Below are positions 38,201-51,572 of a stretch of 64,000 nt of DNA, one piece after another. A program made the position numbers and the translations under genes. Under the pieces are notes generated by a model that had not been told where the DNA came from, searched no databases, and saw only the letters and a program-made list of their open reading frames with translations. Source of the DNA: Chrysomallon squamiferum (Eukaryota; Animalia; Mollusca); contig CM022679.1 in assembly GCA_012295275.1 (NCBI GenBank), positions 20,522,001-20,586,000 of the forward strand, given 5' to 3'. How positions within the stretch are numbered: the stretch's first letter is position 1; each line of letters opens with the position of its first letter.

Positions 38201-41200
38201 GAGCTAGATAAGGATCACTTGTTGAAATAATGTTTCTGAATTCAGTCTAACATGTTCCTTTAATTTGTTTTGGAATTATGGGTGATGGATAAAGTGGTTG
38301 TTGTACCAAGCATGGACATGTTATTCTGGAGAAATGTTTGCTGTTACCAAATGATTGTTCAAGGCTTCAGCAATTAATGAATACCAGATAAATATTTATT
38401 TATTTTTTTGGTTTATTATTCAGATTTTTAAAATTGAAAAAAGAAGTAAAAACTCAAAAAACCCAAAGTTGGACTATTTAAAAATATAATTTTGAAAATA
38501 ATTGTATTCTGATTTATAATAACTAGTTACTATGAACGATACTGCAATCCATATGTATTGGAAATAGGTTATGTGTTTTTTGGTTTTCTCTGTATATTAA
38601 CAAACAGCATTAATCAAAATATATTATTAAAAAAATAAATAAATAAATAAAATAAAATAAAATAGTACTAGTAGCAGCAGTAATAAAAATGATGATGGAT
38701 AAAAGCAATATTTCTGTGAAGATAATATGTCCAATGTTCCAGATGCCCAAGAAGTTTGACTATGGTCTACAGAAGGAGGTTTTGATTTTTAGTGTTAAAA
38801 AGTACACTCCTAATCTTCATAACTACATGCTTGCTTTTCAGGTTTGAGTTTTTTAATTGTATTGTACATTACTGACAGCTGAGTTAATAATTATGGAACA
38901 TGCATTACAAATTTATATATCTATTACATGACTTGACAGTAAATTTATTCTTTTTTCCATTCAGTGCATTTAAAAAAAAACCAAAAAAAGTTTAAAAAGA
39001 ACATCATTTTAAAAAAAAAAGTAAAAAAAGAAACTTATTTCATAATAAAAACTGTGATGCATTTATAAGTGGAATTACAATAGTTAAATATATTTTTACT
39101 GATTGTACATTTTCCTAGCTAACTGTTAATATTCATTTAAAAAATGGATAGGTTAGTAATTCTCTTCAGCAAGCACAAAAATGAAGATGAAAATTAGGCA
39201 TATACGCAGATTAATGGAGATAATGAAAGCCTCTTAAAGAAAAAAATTCAATTCTGATGTGTTTTTAGGTGTTTTTTATTTATTTGCAAAATTGCTGAAA
39301 AATAGCTAAAATCAGAAATCACTTGAATACAAGTTTATCAACTAAATTTTTCTGTGTCGAAAACATACCTCTAGGGTTAATGAAACTGTTTTCTTGATTT
39401 TTACAGAAATAAGTTCAGTAATTTTGTAGAATGAATTTGTTTGAATTTTGTATATATGTTAAAAAATTTGATTAGAGCTTTGTTTATACAGATCTGCTAT
39501 TTAGTTTTGGTAATTAACATTATTTTAAGTTTGAAAATTATGCACAAATACTTACTGTAAGAGAGCTGAAAGGTTGAACTAAAGATTTCAACAATAAACA
39601 ATTATTTTGGTTGAGTTTAAATGTTTGAAGCCACCCATAATTGTGTTATTTTTAAAATAAGATAATCATGCTAAAAATATGATGTTGCATGCTCATTTAC
39701 TTATTTTAGTTAGTAAATCTTCAGTCTGTGTTCAAAGTAACCCTTTTTTTTAAAATTTTTAAAAATCCTTATCAAATGTGAAGATAATACCTTGGTTCTG
39801 CTAGCTACGTCTTTCTTTCATGATAAAGTAAGATAGCCCAGACAAAGATGCATTGCTCTTTATAAAAAGAAACAGCTGAAGAGAAATTTTGGTCATGACA
39901 ACATTGTCACCTGTTTACTGGGACAGAAGAAAGAATTAGATGTTTTAATTACTGAAATTATTTTTAAATATTGTTTGTTTGATTTGTCTGAAAGAAAAAT
40001 ATGTTAAATTTTCTTTTAATAATGACCACCATAACAACATGGCGATAACTGTACCAAGGAAATTATTTAAATATGCTTTATTCATCTTTTTTCTTTTTTT
40101 AATAACCTGTATTCTGCATTATAGTACTTACAGAGAACTTTTTTTTTTTTTTAATTTTTAATTTTTTTTTTTACTGCAAAGTGAACTTCTATATTTACTT
40201 GTGTATCATGCTTAATGAAAACTAAATTTTCATTGTTTTATGTAAAATTCTTGCTAATCATTCTCTCCTTCTATAATAATAACAATAATAATAATAATTG
40301 GTAATAGTAATTGTAGTATTACTACTAGTAGCAGTAATAATAGTATGATTCAGTGAATGATGTAAAGAAAGGTTGTATGTTTGCAGGTTGCTGCTAAGAC
40401 AGCAGGGTCTCTCTCTGATGTGGTAGTGGAAACTCACAGAAGAAAGCACTTGGCCTATCTCATGGCTGACCAGGGAGCCATTGTGAATCCAGACCACTCT
40501 AGAAATCTGCCAAAACAGGTAAATGTACCTTTTTCAAAATGAATTACATTTAATCTTCTGCAGTATGAGATAATTGTGGAAAACTGATGTGATATGCACA
40601 TGAAAATGTACTTATTAACATAAGATCTCAGTGCAAAACAACAAAAACCATTAATATTGATGAGGTAATTTTTTATTTTAAAAGGATTTTGTTCAACTGA
40701 TTAATTCAAATTAGATTGTTTGTGACAGCTGTATGTGTTCTATAATCAACTTTCATAAATTCTTTTAAGAAAAAAATATAATTTTTCTTAGTCAGAATAT
40801 AAATACATAGATCTGTAGATGAATGCTGCACTAAGTATCACATTTTCTACTTTTTGCAGTACAAAATTTTGGTCATTATAGTAAAATAAATTTAATTTTG
40901 AATGTTATGTCCATTATTAATAATTTTTCTAAAATCATGCCATTAATATGGATGTCAACTGGATTATTTTACAAAGTTAACAGCAGAAAATGCACATCTG
41001 ATGTTTCACGCCAAAAATAATGTAAAAAAACACACAAACATTACATGTAATTATTTTAATTTTCTTCAGCAAGTAAACAAGCGTCATCTGAAGAGATCGA
41101 GGTCACTGGTGTCTGTGTTGCTGCGCACTGAAAACGAAGATGACGACTTTGGCAAGGCTAAGAACATACATCAGACAGAACTGCTTGTAGATCTGAGAGA

Positions 41201-44200
41201 AGCCATTCTTCAAATAGCTCGTCATTTCCAGTCTCTAGATCCAAAGAATAACAAAGTAGTTAGTGTCTTTTGTTTTTTTCTCTTTTCGTTCATTTGCATT
41301 TGAAAACTGATTAAACAGGAAAAAATATCCTAAGCTTGTTTGGTCACTGACAGAGTATATAGAATAGCCTTTAATACTATTTGATTTAAATGGGAAGAGA
41401 GTCAAAGAATAAAGAGGTACATGTAAACATTATCAGTATAACAAATATGAAAAGATACCTGTTGGAACAAAAGTTTTAAGTGAAATTCAAAAACAATATT
41501 TAGATATTTGTACTTAGATTATTTTATCAACCATTTATGTACAGCCTTTGTTTCACTACCTTTCACCATCTTTGAGGCAGCCCCATGATTACATCCTTAT
41601 TGATTTGTTATCTTTCTGGGTGTTGAAATGTCTGTCATGTTTTGACTAGTTCATGTTTGTGTTGCAGGTATTACAAGCAGATTATACAATGGAATCTCAT
41701 GCCAAAGATCTAGAAAACTATGTGAATGTTGCCAGAAACAGGAGACGAAGAGCCAAGGCTTTACTGGACTTTGAAAGACATGATGATGATGAATTGGGAT
41801 TTAGACGGAGTGACATCATTACAGTAAGTTTATGTTGAATAAAATTTGGCTTTTAATTTATCTTTAGTAAGATTAATAATTTAAACAAACAAAAAAATGT
41901 ACTAACTTTTTTAATGGAGTTTATTTGTTGTTTCAAGGTTATGGTTTTTTGTTATCATATGTTTTAAAAATAAAGTTTTTTTTAGAAATAATATCTAATT
42001 AAAGTTAGTTTAATAAAATAGTTCTTTAATTAAAATATATGTAATATCTGTAATTTATGGAGTTTAAATATAATTTCTGTTTTATTTATTATTATTATTT
42101 TTAATTTGCATGTATTATTAAAAATTTAATAACCTTTTACAATGAAAAATGTTTTTTCACTGGAAAATCACAGTATAGAGCCTTGACTAAAGCCCCAATT
42201 TTTTTTTTTTTTTTTTTTTTAAATATCAAATGACATGAATGTTTGTAAAAACATTTTAAATGACAAACTGTCTGATTGCAATTAGCTAAATATGTTTTTT
42301 TAATGACCTTTTTTACTTTTTCACTGATTCATATTAATTTTTTAAAACAGATTATTTCACAAAAAGATGAGCATTGTTGGATTGGAGAACTGAATGGACT
42401 TCGAGGCTGGTTTCCAGCAAAGTTTGTAGAAATTCTTGATGAACGAAGTAAACACTATTCCTCTGCAGGTGATGACACTGTCACTGAGGCTGTTACCGAT
42501 CTAGTGAGAGGAACGTAAGTAAATTTTGATAAAGGAAGAAGTGTTTTAAAGACAGTCAGACAAAAACCCTGAAATATAGAGAGATAGACTGACAGACAGA
42601 TAGAGAAAAAGAGGCAGAGAATAAGACACACAAAGAAAGAAAGAGGAAACATATTCAAAACACCTTTTTAATTTAGAGTGTAATGGCCAGTAACAGTGGC
42701 GTTAAGCGGTCTGGTGATGCCCAGGGTGAAATCCTTGATTGTGTATAAAATATTATGAGAAAGGAAGATGTATTGAATATGTAAACACAGATAAAACATA
42801 AAATAAACACTTTATTTGAGTTAAATATAAGTCAACCAAATTTATTAAATTCTTATCTCTGTTTGGATGCCCAGGGCCACTGCCCCTTTGATCCCCTCCT
42901 CTGTGGCCCCCTCCTCTGAATGCCTCTGCCAGTAAGGACCACTAGATAGTTACACAGCTACGGTTACCTTTGTAGTTAATGATTTTGTCAAAGCAGTGTT
43001 TAATTTCCCAATTTTTTTAATTTAGGTTATGCCCAGCTTTGAAAGCCATTTTTGAACATGGTTTGAAGAAGTCGTCTTTAGTTGGAGGACATTGTCATCC
43101 TTGGCTTTTCATTGAAGAGGTATATATTTTAATTTGCTCTTTAATTATCTATTATTATTATGTTTTCTCTCTAATTATCTTATTTGGATATATTTTGGAT
43201 CTTGAAAACCTTTTTAATGAAAAATCTATAACTTAGCTAATGCTACTGTTATTTTGATTTTAAATGTATATATAATTATATTTAAAATTTATTTATGATT
43301 TTGAGGTCATTATTATTTATGTAAATATAGATTTTTGTGTGAGACTTAATTTAAAAAAAAAATAATAATTTAATTTCTTGTATTTATTTTGTAGTCTGCC
43401 ACAAGAGAAGTTGAAAAAGATTTTCAAAGTGTATACTCCAGACTAGTGCTGTGTAAAACCTACAGGTAACATCAAATTCCAGCTATTTTCAATTATTCCC
43501 CAATCTATCCTTGACACAGTAATGTCGATTTCCTTTGTTATTTTTCTTTGTATGTAAGCAGATTACATTAATGTCAATTATCCCATCTTTATCAAAGCAA
43601 ATATTTGAATCTTTTCTCTTTGTATTTCAGGCTTGATGAAGATGGCAAGGTACTGACACCTGAGGAAGTGTTGTACAGGGTAAGCTGACACAAAACATTA
43701 TAATTTATATTATCTGCAGTTACACAGGAGTGGTAATGTAATTCATATTGTTTTAAAACAAAATATTCCAAAGGTGGCCAGAAAAGCTGTACACTACTGA
43801 TCATTTACTTGACTTTTGACAGTTCCTCAATCAGGTAACATTGCCAATGGCAGTCATTTTCCAGAGCTTGATTTCCTCAGTTCATTCACATTCATCAGTA
43901 TTTTTATAATTGTTTATCAGTAATACCAGCATCATTCTACAAAATAATTCAATGTACTATTTCATTTGGATGTTGCTGCACCACCATTTTTTTTTAACTT
44001 ACGTGAACCTGATATAAATGTGATAATCAAATCATTCCACCATTTGCTTGGAAGTCCCTACAATTTAATGTTATGGAAATGTGTCACTAAGATCTTATGT
44101 AAAGTTGTGAAGTGGAAAAGAATACATCATCTTTGCATCCATGCATATTTTAATGTAAACTTATTTGTGTCATTACTTTTGATGATCTCAAACCATATAC

Positions 44201-47087
44201 CACAGTAGTTATGTAATTTTCTATGGCATTATTTAGCATGTATCTTGATTGTTATAATATATACAATATTTAGTGCAGGCTCATTTTTCTGCCATATGTA
44301 AAGATGCATGAGTTACATGTACTAATTCTATATTTGGGTTGAGTTGATCATGAAATACCTGTGTTATATCAATTTAATAAATTGAAAGTAAGTATTGAAA
44401 TGATTTTCTTGCAGGCTGTTCAGGCTGTCAATATCTCACATGATTCATGTCATACACAAATGGATGTGAAATTTCGATCCCTTGTTTGTTGTGGGCTGAA
44501 GTAAGTTGTTTTTTTTTGTCTCTTTCTTTTTATATATGTTAGTGTAAAAACTGCTAATTTGTTTTGGTACTTTATTATCATAATTAAGTTCTATTTAAAA
44601 GAACAAAATTTTAAAAATGTTAAATTTTATTTGTGTTTTTTTTATTTGCTTTTTTATTTATTTATGTACTTATTCATTTATTTATTCATTTTTTAATTTT
44701 AATTATTAAGTTATCTGTTGTTTATTTATATTTTATTTTATTTCAGTTTCTTATTTATTTACATATTTATTTATTCATTTTGTAATTTTAATTATTAAAT
44801 TATTTATTGTTTGTTTATTTTGTTTTATTTACATATTTGTTTATTTATGTATTTATTATTATTATTTTTTATTATTATATTTTTTTATTTTTTTATTATT
44901 ATTATTATTATTATTTTATCAGTGAACAAGTACTACATCTGTGGCTGGAAACACTGTGTTCATCAGTGGATATAGTGGAAAAGTGGTATTATCCGTGGTC
45001 TTTTATCAGCAGTCCTGGGTGGGTGCAGATCAAGTGTGAACTGAGGTGAGATCTGTTATTTTGTTCATTTTAGATCAGCATAATATTTATTAATTACAAA
45101 ATCTATTAGCATGTGTATTTTAAATTATCTTAATAATTTTTATAATAATGATATACAGTATTCCCTCGCTATTCGTGGGGGTTACGTTCTTTACCCCCCC
45201 ACGAATAGCGAAAAACCGCGAATATTGGATGCAGTTTTAAAACGTCTATTATGAGATTATATACGGTACTAAATGCTTCCCAAACACTTTCTAAAGACAC
45301 TCTTACTCATTAATACAGTAATAATGTAGTAATATTGCATGCAGTTATGTATTTCATTAATGTAGTAATGATAATGTAAACACATTTTAATTTTGTACTG
45401 AAACAATATTTTAATCAGAAAGAAATGTAAGTACAGGAGGACAGTAACACCGCATAGCATAGTTACCCATACTGTATTACTGTACCGTAAAGTCATTTTC
45501 TATGCGTACAACATATGTATTAGAATTGACAGAAAGTGGAACAAATTTAAAGGCAAACAGACAGATAAATACAGTACGCACAGTTCAGGTAATAATAATA
45601 CAATTCAGTAATAATATGCAATTAAAAACATTATTAATATACGGTCACAAAAAATATGCACTGTACATACAGTGTATGCATTTATAAAAAAATACATACT
45701 GTATTGCAATAATAATTGAAAAAATTTGATATTGTTTGTGCGCTTTACCGAGCATTTGTTTTTATGACGTTATGACGCTCGTCTGGTATACCAGCATACG
45801 ATGCGATAGGGTTAAGAGCCTAACCCGCGAATATGCGGGGCCGCGAATGGGGAACCGCGAACAGGTGAGGGTATACTATATACTTAGATTAGTAATTAGT
45901 TTACATATTCAGATTAAAAATAATTCTTTTTTGCAAGTATAAATTTCACATTGCGGTATTTTGGATTAGAAGTTTTAATAAGGTTTCATTTAGTTTAACA
46001 TTCTTTATTCTGGTTAATGTTCTTTATTTTTGATTAAAATAGTTGTTTATTAAATTATAGGGATTTAAGATCAGAGATATTATTTTAGACTAAATAATTA
46101 GATAAATGTTAAGCTGTTCGTATTTTTTAACTATACAGTTTATTTTGTTTCAACATGTGATGTGTAACTCAGTGTTTCTAATATTTTCTGATCTTGAATT
46201 TTGTAATAAGTGTGTGTGCGTGTGTGTGTGTGTGCACGCGTGCGTGCATGTGTACTATATAATGCTGTAGTTTCAGTGAAATAGCTGAGTAAATAACTGG
46301 CTTTAAATGATTAATAATTTATTTTATGTCAGTAATATTTTGATAAACAATTTAATCAAAACATTTTATATTTCTATTTGTTGTTTTTGTTTCTGTTAAT
46401 TATGCCTTTTTTGTTTGGTGTTGTATTTTTATTTTTATTATTATTTTTATGTTTTTACCTTAAATAGTGTTCAAAGTTGTTTGTATTGTTGCTTGGTGTA
46501 ATTGTTAATTTTATTTTATATGCTTAGTTATATCACATTTTTACCCCTCCCTCATCACAAACAAATTAGTCATTTCAAGTCATGTAGTAATTAAACTCTA
46601 GGAAATGTTGAAAGAATAAAACAAAATAATTTCTGATAAATGTTAAATTGAAAAATATTTAAGAATAGCTGTAGTCTAAAAAGAATGGAATATAATTGTC
46701 AATATTCATTTTATATTTTCAAAATTTCTGTTAGCTTGTTCAGTGTCTACAAATTGAAATTTCCAAGTTAGAAGAAAAAAAGGAAAAAAGATGTTTTCTT
46801 GTCCAAATGTGTACATTAGAAAACTACTAATGAACTCAGAAAACTGCTAATGGAAAGGCCATGCTGAATATTCTGCACATAACTTTGGTATCAAATGTAT
46901 ATCTTATGTTTCAAAATGATCCAATGTTCTGACCCCTGATGTGTTGTTTTACAGAATTTTAGCTCAGTTTGCTTTCAACCTGTCTCCAGATTGGGAATTG
47001 CCACGGAAACATAAATCGCAGGATCTGCTTCGAGAGGGCGTGCGAGACATGTTAATTAAGCACCACTTGTTTAGCTGGGACCTGTGA
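28684..47087 (+). CDS. SGSM3: Small G protein signaling modulator 3 (RUTBC3; TBC Rab-GAP + SH3 + RUN), about 20 coding exons, proximal last exon
   Basis: Exons begin near 28684, 29723/29726, 30985, 31520, 32163, 32722, 33358, 33794, 34368, 35845, 40387, 41070, 41668, 42351, 43026, 43395, 43631, 44415, 44923 and 46955. Motifs: [40 protein letters not shown] (R finger), YCQG (Q finger), SH3 [52 protein letters not shown], and RUN ...KHHLFSWDL*. Confidence 0.95.
36398..36506. repeat. 52-bp tandem duplication (2 copies, 1 mismatch) in an SGSM3 intron
   Basis: AGATATCTTTATCAGTTCTGATTTTATATCTGAGGATGAAATAAAG(C/T)TAGCA occurs twice. Confidence 0.9.
42694..42928. mobile_element. hAT-like MITE (about 235 bp) with a visible target-site duplication
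   Basis: Ends are CAGTGGCGTT...AATGCCTCTG, with CCAGTAA duplicated at 42687-42693 and 42929-42935. The subterminal GATGCCCAGGG is repeated. Confidence 0.75.
45156..45878. mobile_element. Tigger/pogo-type non-autonomous element (about 720 bp) in the last SGSM3 intron
   Basis: TA|CAGTATTCCCTCGCTATTCGTGG...CCGCGAACAGGTGAGGGTATACTA|TA forms imperfect TIRs. CCGCGAA subterminal repeats are present, and the element is CpG-rich relative to the host intron. Confidence 0.8.
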
Positions 47088-48941
47088 TCTCATTTGACTC
47101 ACACTGCATGTCATTTATTACTGCGTCACAATCATTTCTGTTGTAGTAGTATTATTTATTTATTACAAGTAACACTTTTATTTACTTTATGTTGCAGTAA
47201 TCTTGCATTATTTGATAGTGAAATGTATTAAAAGAGGTGACAGCTTTTTTAATCACCAGAAATTTTTTTTTAATCTTTTCTATCAGTAAGTAAATTTTCA
47301 TTTTTTTCCACTATAGTAAGCAATTATTCTTTCTCTGATATTAGGCATTCGATTGTAGTAAATTATGTTGAAGAGAAAGTATTTTTGTGAATTTCAGTGT
47401 GACTAAAACATAAAATAGCAAATAATTTAACCATTTTATACTTTAAGTTATTTTTTAAAATAAATAATAAATCTTTTATTTTTATAATATTAAGCTTGAA
47501 ATGACATTTACAAGTGTCAGTTTCTTGATTAAAAAAAAAAGATAAAAATTGTGAAAGCACACTTAAATTGATTATAATATTGATTAAATGGAGAAAAATT
47601 CTTTAAATTTATATTGTTTATTGTCAGTATTAACATTATAATAAAAATTGATTGTACATTTTACAGTTAATAATAATAAGAAGAATAAAAGCCATGCATT
47701 AATAGTTAATAATCAACCTTTTAAATTTAAATCACTCAGTATTATCATTTTAATAAAAATTAATCATGCATTTTACAGCTAATAATAATAATATTAATAG
47801 TTAACAACCTTTTAAATTTAAAGTACAGTTATTCAGTCAGTATTAATATTTCAATAAAAGTTAACCGTGTAGTTTACGGTTAATAAAATAAAATAGCCAT
47901 GCAAGTTAACAAATAAACCAAACATTGTACATTTAGTTACATTAATACATTTTACTTTCAAGGTGTTTATGGATGCTCTTTGTGTAAATATTGTTTGTGT
48001 TGTTGTTGTTATTAATATTATTATTTTTCCTTTTTGTTGTTCATTTTTCAATGTGATTATATTGTGCAATCCACTTTGTTGTCCACTTGTAAAACATCAG
48101 AAATTGTTGATTTTGGACTTGTTTTAATCATTAGAAGCAACAACTTGCCAGCTATATTTGTATATTACACCGTTTTTGACTCAGTATATCTTTGTTTTCA
48201 TTAATAACAATTTTTTTAAATTTTAAAAAAAATATTTTATTGTGTTATTGCCTTATTATTTCAGTATGTTAATGAAACTTTTTAAAAATATATATACCCA
48301 TCTTTGCTTTAGGTTTATCATTATTATTTGAATCCAGTCATAATGTCTTTTCAAACATTTCATTTTAATCACCAGTATATGTATTAAAATAATGATTATG
48401 ATATATTTATTAAATGTATTGTTCACTTACTCCTTTTCACTATTTTGTAAGACAGAATTTGATGTTTTATTCTAAATAACTTGTAATTGGCTTAAAAGTG
48501 TTTTTTTTCAAATTTCTATTTTAAAAGTAAATTAAATTAGTTTCAAAATTTTGTAAAAGTCTTTAAAATATGGAAGTTGAAGCAAACAAGCTAAAACTAC
48601 AGTTCACATAAAACATTATTTAGAAACTTTCCATAAATTTTTTCATTTAAACTAAAACATTTTATAATTACTTGTATTAAGTTGTCTGTACTTATGTTCA
48701 GGCATTAAACTGTTCTCAGATACCTTAAATGCAAACCTATTGCAGCTTAATCCTTTATTTATTTTATACAAAAACTTACACAGATATTTACCTTTTTTTG
48801 CAATGTATTTGAAGCATTATTTCATTTTTGAAATGCAGAAGGAATATTTATTTCTAACACCTTTTTGTGTTTTCATTTTGTGTTTCATTTTCTCAACTTT
48901 CTTTGTTTGGACACTGTGCAATACTGTTTCTTTATTCCTTA

Positions 48942-48981
<40 letters not shown>

Positions 48982-49061
48982 TTTTTGTAATTTTAAATCT
49001 TATTAAGATGTAGTTATGGTAGTCTCGTATGACAGATGTTGAAAAGTGTTTGTATTTTCAG

Positions 49062-49194
49062 ACTTCTGGCACAATTCTCATTTAACCTTTCAAAAGACTG
49101 GGAACTGCCTAAACAGAACGACGGCTACAAACCCTTTCGAGAAGGGGTCAAGGACATGTTAGTCAAACACCATCTCTTCAGTTGGGATCTCTGA
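49062..49194 (+). CDS. SGSM3: Duplicated alternative last coding exon of SGSM3 (distal copy)
   Basis: Acceptor TGTATTTTCAG|A. The exon is 133 nt, the same length and phase as 46955-47087, and encodes [43 protein letters not shown]. Confidence 0.88.
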
Positions 49195-49296
49195 GGCAGT
49201 ATAAATTTAAACATGGCCAAGCTGAAACAGAGAATTAAAAACTAAAAATAATGACATATATTTATTAATATTATTAATCTAAGAATCATTTCAAAA

Positions 49297-49460
49297 GGGA
49301 GGGTCAAGGTCACATTAGTCAAGTACCATGTCTTCATTTGGGATTTCTGAACCAGTGTATCATAAACCACGGCCATGTCAAAATGTAGAGATTAAAAACA
49401 AAATAACGCAGGTCTTTATTGATATTAGTCTCCCATGGTCTTCAGTTGGTCTGGTACTCG
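49297..49460 (+). repeat. Degenerate tandem copies of the 3' part of the distal SGSM3 exon plus adjacent UTR
   Basis: GGGTCAAGGTCACATTAGTCAAGTACCATGTCTTCATTTGGGATTTCTGA..ACGGCCA..AGATTAAAAAC mirrors 49145-49270. A further fragment, CATGGTCTTCAGTTGG, lies near 49434. Confidence 0.75.
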
Positions 49461-50785
49461 GACATTATAAACTTACAGGCTTAAGAATCAAGTAATCAGC
49501 AAATTTAATAGAAAATCTTTGTTCAGTATGTTCTCAGTCATTTGAAAATAGTATTAATTCTAGATAGTTAATTTTCTAATAATTTTTTAAAAACTTTAAC
49601 AGCACTTAGAAGGTAGAATATTTTTTTTTGAATAAAAAAACCCAGACACATATAAATTTATAAATGTCTCATGGTTTGAAAAACAAATAAATTATAATAA
49701 TAATAAAAAAATAAATATAAATATGATAAAATGGATTACCTGAAAAAATCGGAGATTTTATACTGTGATTATTTGTCAGAATTTGTTCCAAACTATTTTT
49801 AAACAAACTGAATGAAATGAAAAGAGAAATAACTGCCATGTAAGATTATCAAATGTTAGCACGAATGTTTAATTATATATTAACTACATGTTGAAGCATA
49901 ATGTCTGAATGTTAAAAAAATATTGTTGTTCTGATTTTAATTATTATTATTATATAACCAATTTATAACTCAATACATTTTATGAAAAATATACAATTAT
50001 TATTTATTATTATTATTATTTCTTGAATCATCATGACTAATGGTTTAACTTTGAGACAGCTTTGGTTCTGTGTTGTTACTATAATAAATCATGAAATTAC
50101 ATATGTTAATAATGCTCAGATATATTTTTGTTTCAATGTATTATAATGCACATATATGATATATAATTTTGTCAGGACCAAAATGAAAATTGTGTGCAAT
50201 AACAAAATGCATTATACTTTATTTTAATCTATGACTTTTAATATGCTTGGATATATACATACAAGTGTTGTGACGTGAGTTAATAAAATAAATGAAATGT
50301 ACTGGGTGTACACATTGTGATGTTGGAAATAATGATTATTTACCTGTGTTGTGAATTTAAGTCAGTGTTTCCAGGGCACTATATTTAATAACACATTATG
50401 AACACCAGTTCATTTACAGTTTTACCATAAAAAGTTTCTTTTTTTTTTCCTTTTTTTTTTAATTCTTCTGAAGTCGAGGTCTGAAATAAAGAATTAGTTT
50501 TAGAAAAATAAACTTTAAAAAAGGAAAACATGAAGAAAGACATTTCTACTTAATTGAAATATGTATATTGTGTTAACAGATGTAGTGTTTTTGTGTCTGA
50601 TAAATTGTTTGTTCTGAAAGTTTTGTAGCTTAGAGACTCATACCTTTTTGGTCAAATAAGTGAAAATATATTATCTCACACCAATTTTTTTTTAACAAAC
50701 CATAAAACATTTGTGGCCAAGCAGGACAATTTGTTGTTACAAAATCAGTATACTGTAAGCAAGATACTGAAATTTGCTATTGCTA

Positions 50786-50816
<31 letters not shown>

Positions 50817-51533
50817 ATTGCATTAACACAATTTATCATGGTATTAGTTTTTAAATATATCAGTGAAATGAAAAAAAATAATCATGTTATGGAAGAAAGA
50901 AAAATTAATGTTAATTTTGTTCATTAAAAAAAAAAGTTTTAAGTTTCTGCAGTTGGATATTGAAAGCTAATTATCACTAGATCACTAGATCACATTGGTG
51001 CATTTTCCACCAGCTGTGTGATAGAATATATTTTTATTTCTGTAAAAAGCTAGGTATATTTTTATAGCTAACAAGAAAGACAAAGCCTTTGATAATGTCA
51101 TGAGACCTATAAAATTTAATCACTCTGTTTAGAATGCTGGTATTCATTGAAAAGAATAATATACACAATTTATAGAGTTTAAACTGATTAAGAACATTTT
51201 ATTTTTGATGGTTTTTGTAGATATCTGTTTGTGAAATGAAAAACAAAAATAGAAGCATATGTAAGATTATTATTTTCTTTTACTGTGTGTAGAAAGAATT
51301 GTGAAAGATCTTAACCGGTTACATTAATTTTGTTAGTATACGTACATTCGGTTTCTTTACAATGATCAGGTAAAAAATTAAGTTATCTAAAATAATCTAG
51401 TGATTTTTGCTTTAACTTCTGAAAAAATTTTTTAAATAAATATTATTTAAAAAATTATTTTTGAATTGGGTATAGACCTTAGTCTTTCATATTTAGAAAA
51501 GCTTATTGGTTGTTGATAGATCATCTAGAATTG

Positions 51534-51572
<39 letters not shown>

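Noticed and set aside
35941-40386. 4.4-kb SGSM3 intron as host of a nested gene
   Set aside because: No coding-like ORF or recognisable ncRNA seen, and the flanking exons join in frame.
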